Part shown: positions 19,490 to 20,000 of the stretch, piece after piece | Layout: each line of letters opens with the position of its first letter | Position numbering within the stretch: the stretch's first letter is position 1 | Source: Chiloscyllium plagiosum | Taxonomy: Eukaryota | Assembly: GCF_004010195.1 (NCBI RefSeq) | Contig: NC_057718.1 | Coordinates: forward strand, 99,827,806-99,847,805 | DNA length: 20,000 bases | Direction of reading: 5' to 3' | Notes under the pieces: model-generated | The model's input: the letters and a program-made list of their open reading frames with translations, nothing else | Told to the model about the DNA's origin: nothing | Database searches by the model: none | Position numbers and translations under genes: made by a program

Positions 19490-20000
19490 ATAGAGTCATA
19501 GAGATGTACAGCACGAAAACAGACCCTTCCACCCAACTCGTCCATGCCGACCAGATATCCCAACCCAATCTAGTCCCACCTGCCAGCACCCGGCCCAACT
19601 CCCTCCAAACCCTTCCTATTCATATACCCATCCAGATGCCTCTTAAATGTTGCAATTGTACCAGCCTCCACCACATCCTCTGGCAGCTCATTCCATACAC
19701 ATATCACACTCTGCGTGAAAAAGTTGCCCCTTAGGTCTCTTTTATATCTTTCCCCTCTCACCCTAAACCTATGCCCTCTAGTTCTGGACTCCCCGACCAC
19801 AGGGAAACGATTTTGTCTATTTATCCTATCCATGACCCTCATAATTTTGTAAACCTCTATAAGCTCACCCCTCAGCCTCCAACGCTCCAGGGAAAACAGC
19901 CCCAGCCTATTCAGCCTCTCCCTGTAGCTCAAATCCTCCAACCCTGGCAACATCTTTGTAAATCTTTTCTGAACTCTTTCAAGTTTCACAACATCTTTCC
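19490..20000 (-). mobile_element. Young CR1/HER1-type LINE 3' end, runs off the window
   Basis: Open ORF2 C-terminal frame 19570-19989, closely similar to about 12043-12550. Confidence 0.95.

Overview
Repeat-dense non-genic (intronic or intergenic) vertebrate DNA. The repeat families (HE1-type V-SINEs, HER1/CR1-type LINEs, a Deu-domain SINE) indicate a shark or other elasmobranch genome; this is inferred from recalled consensus sequences, not a search. No intact host gene is recognisable. The largest feature is a 5'-truncated, decayed 3.2 kb CR1 LINE (SGNH-esterase ORF1 plus APE-RT ORF2) inserted inside an HE1 SINE. Many shorter CR1 3' fragments, a second LINE/SINE pair, two TA-flanked MITEs, a microsatellite and a higher-order minisatellite are also present. 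The most interesting signal is a set of four short (about 90-240 bp) Penelope-like insertions carrying minimal type I hammerhead ribozyme cores. Three have visible target-site duplications, and two form 60-80 bp fold-back hairpins. There are also two three-layer nested insertions and an exact 61-bp templated duplication.
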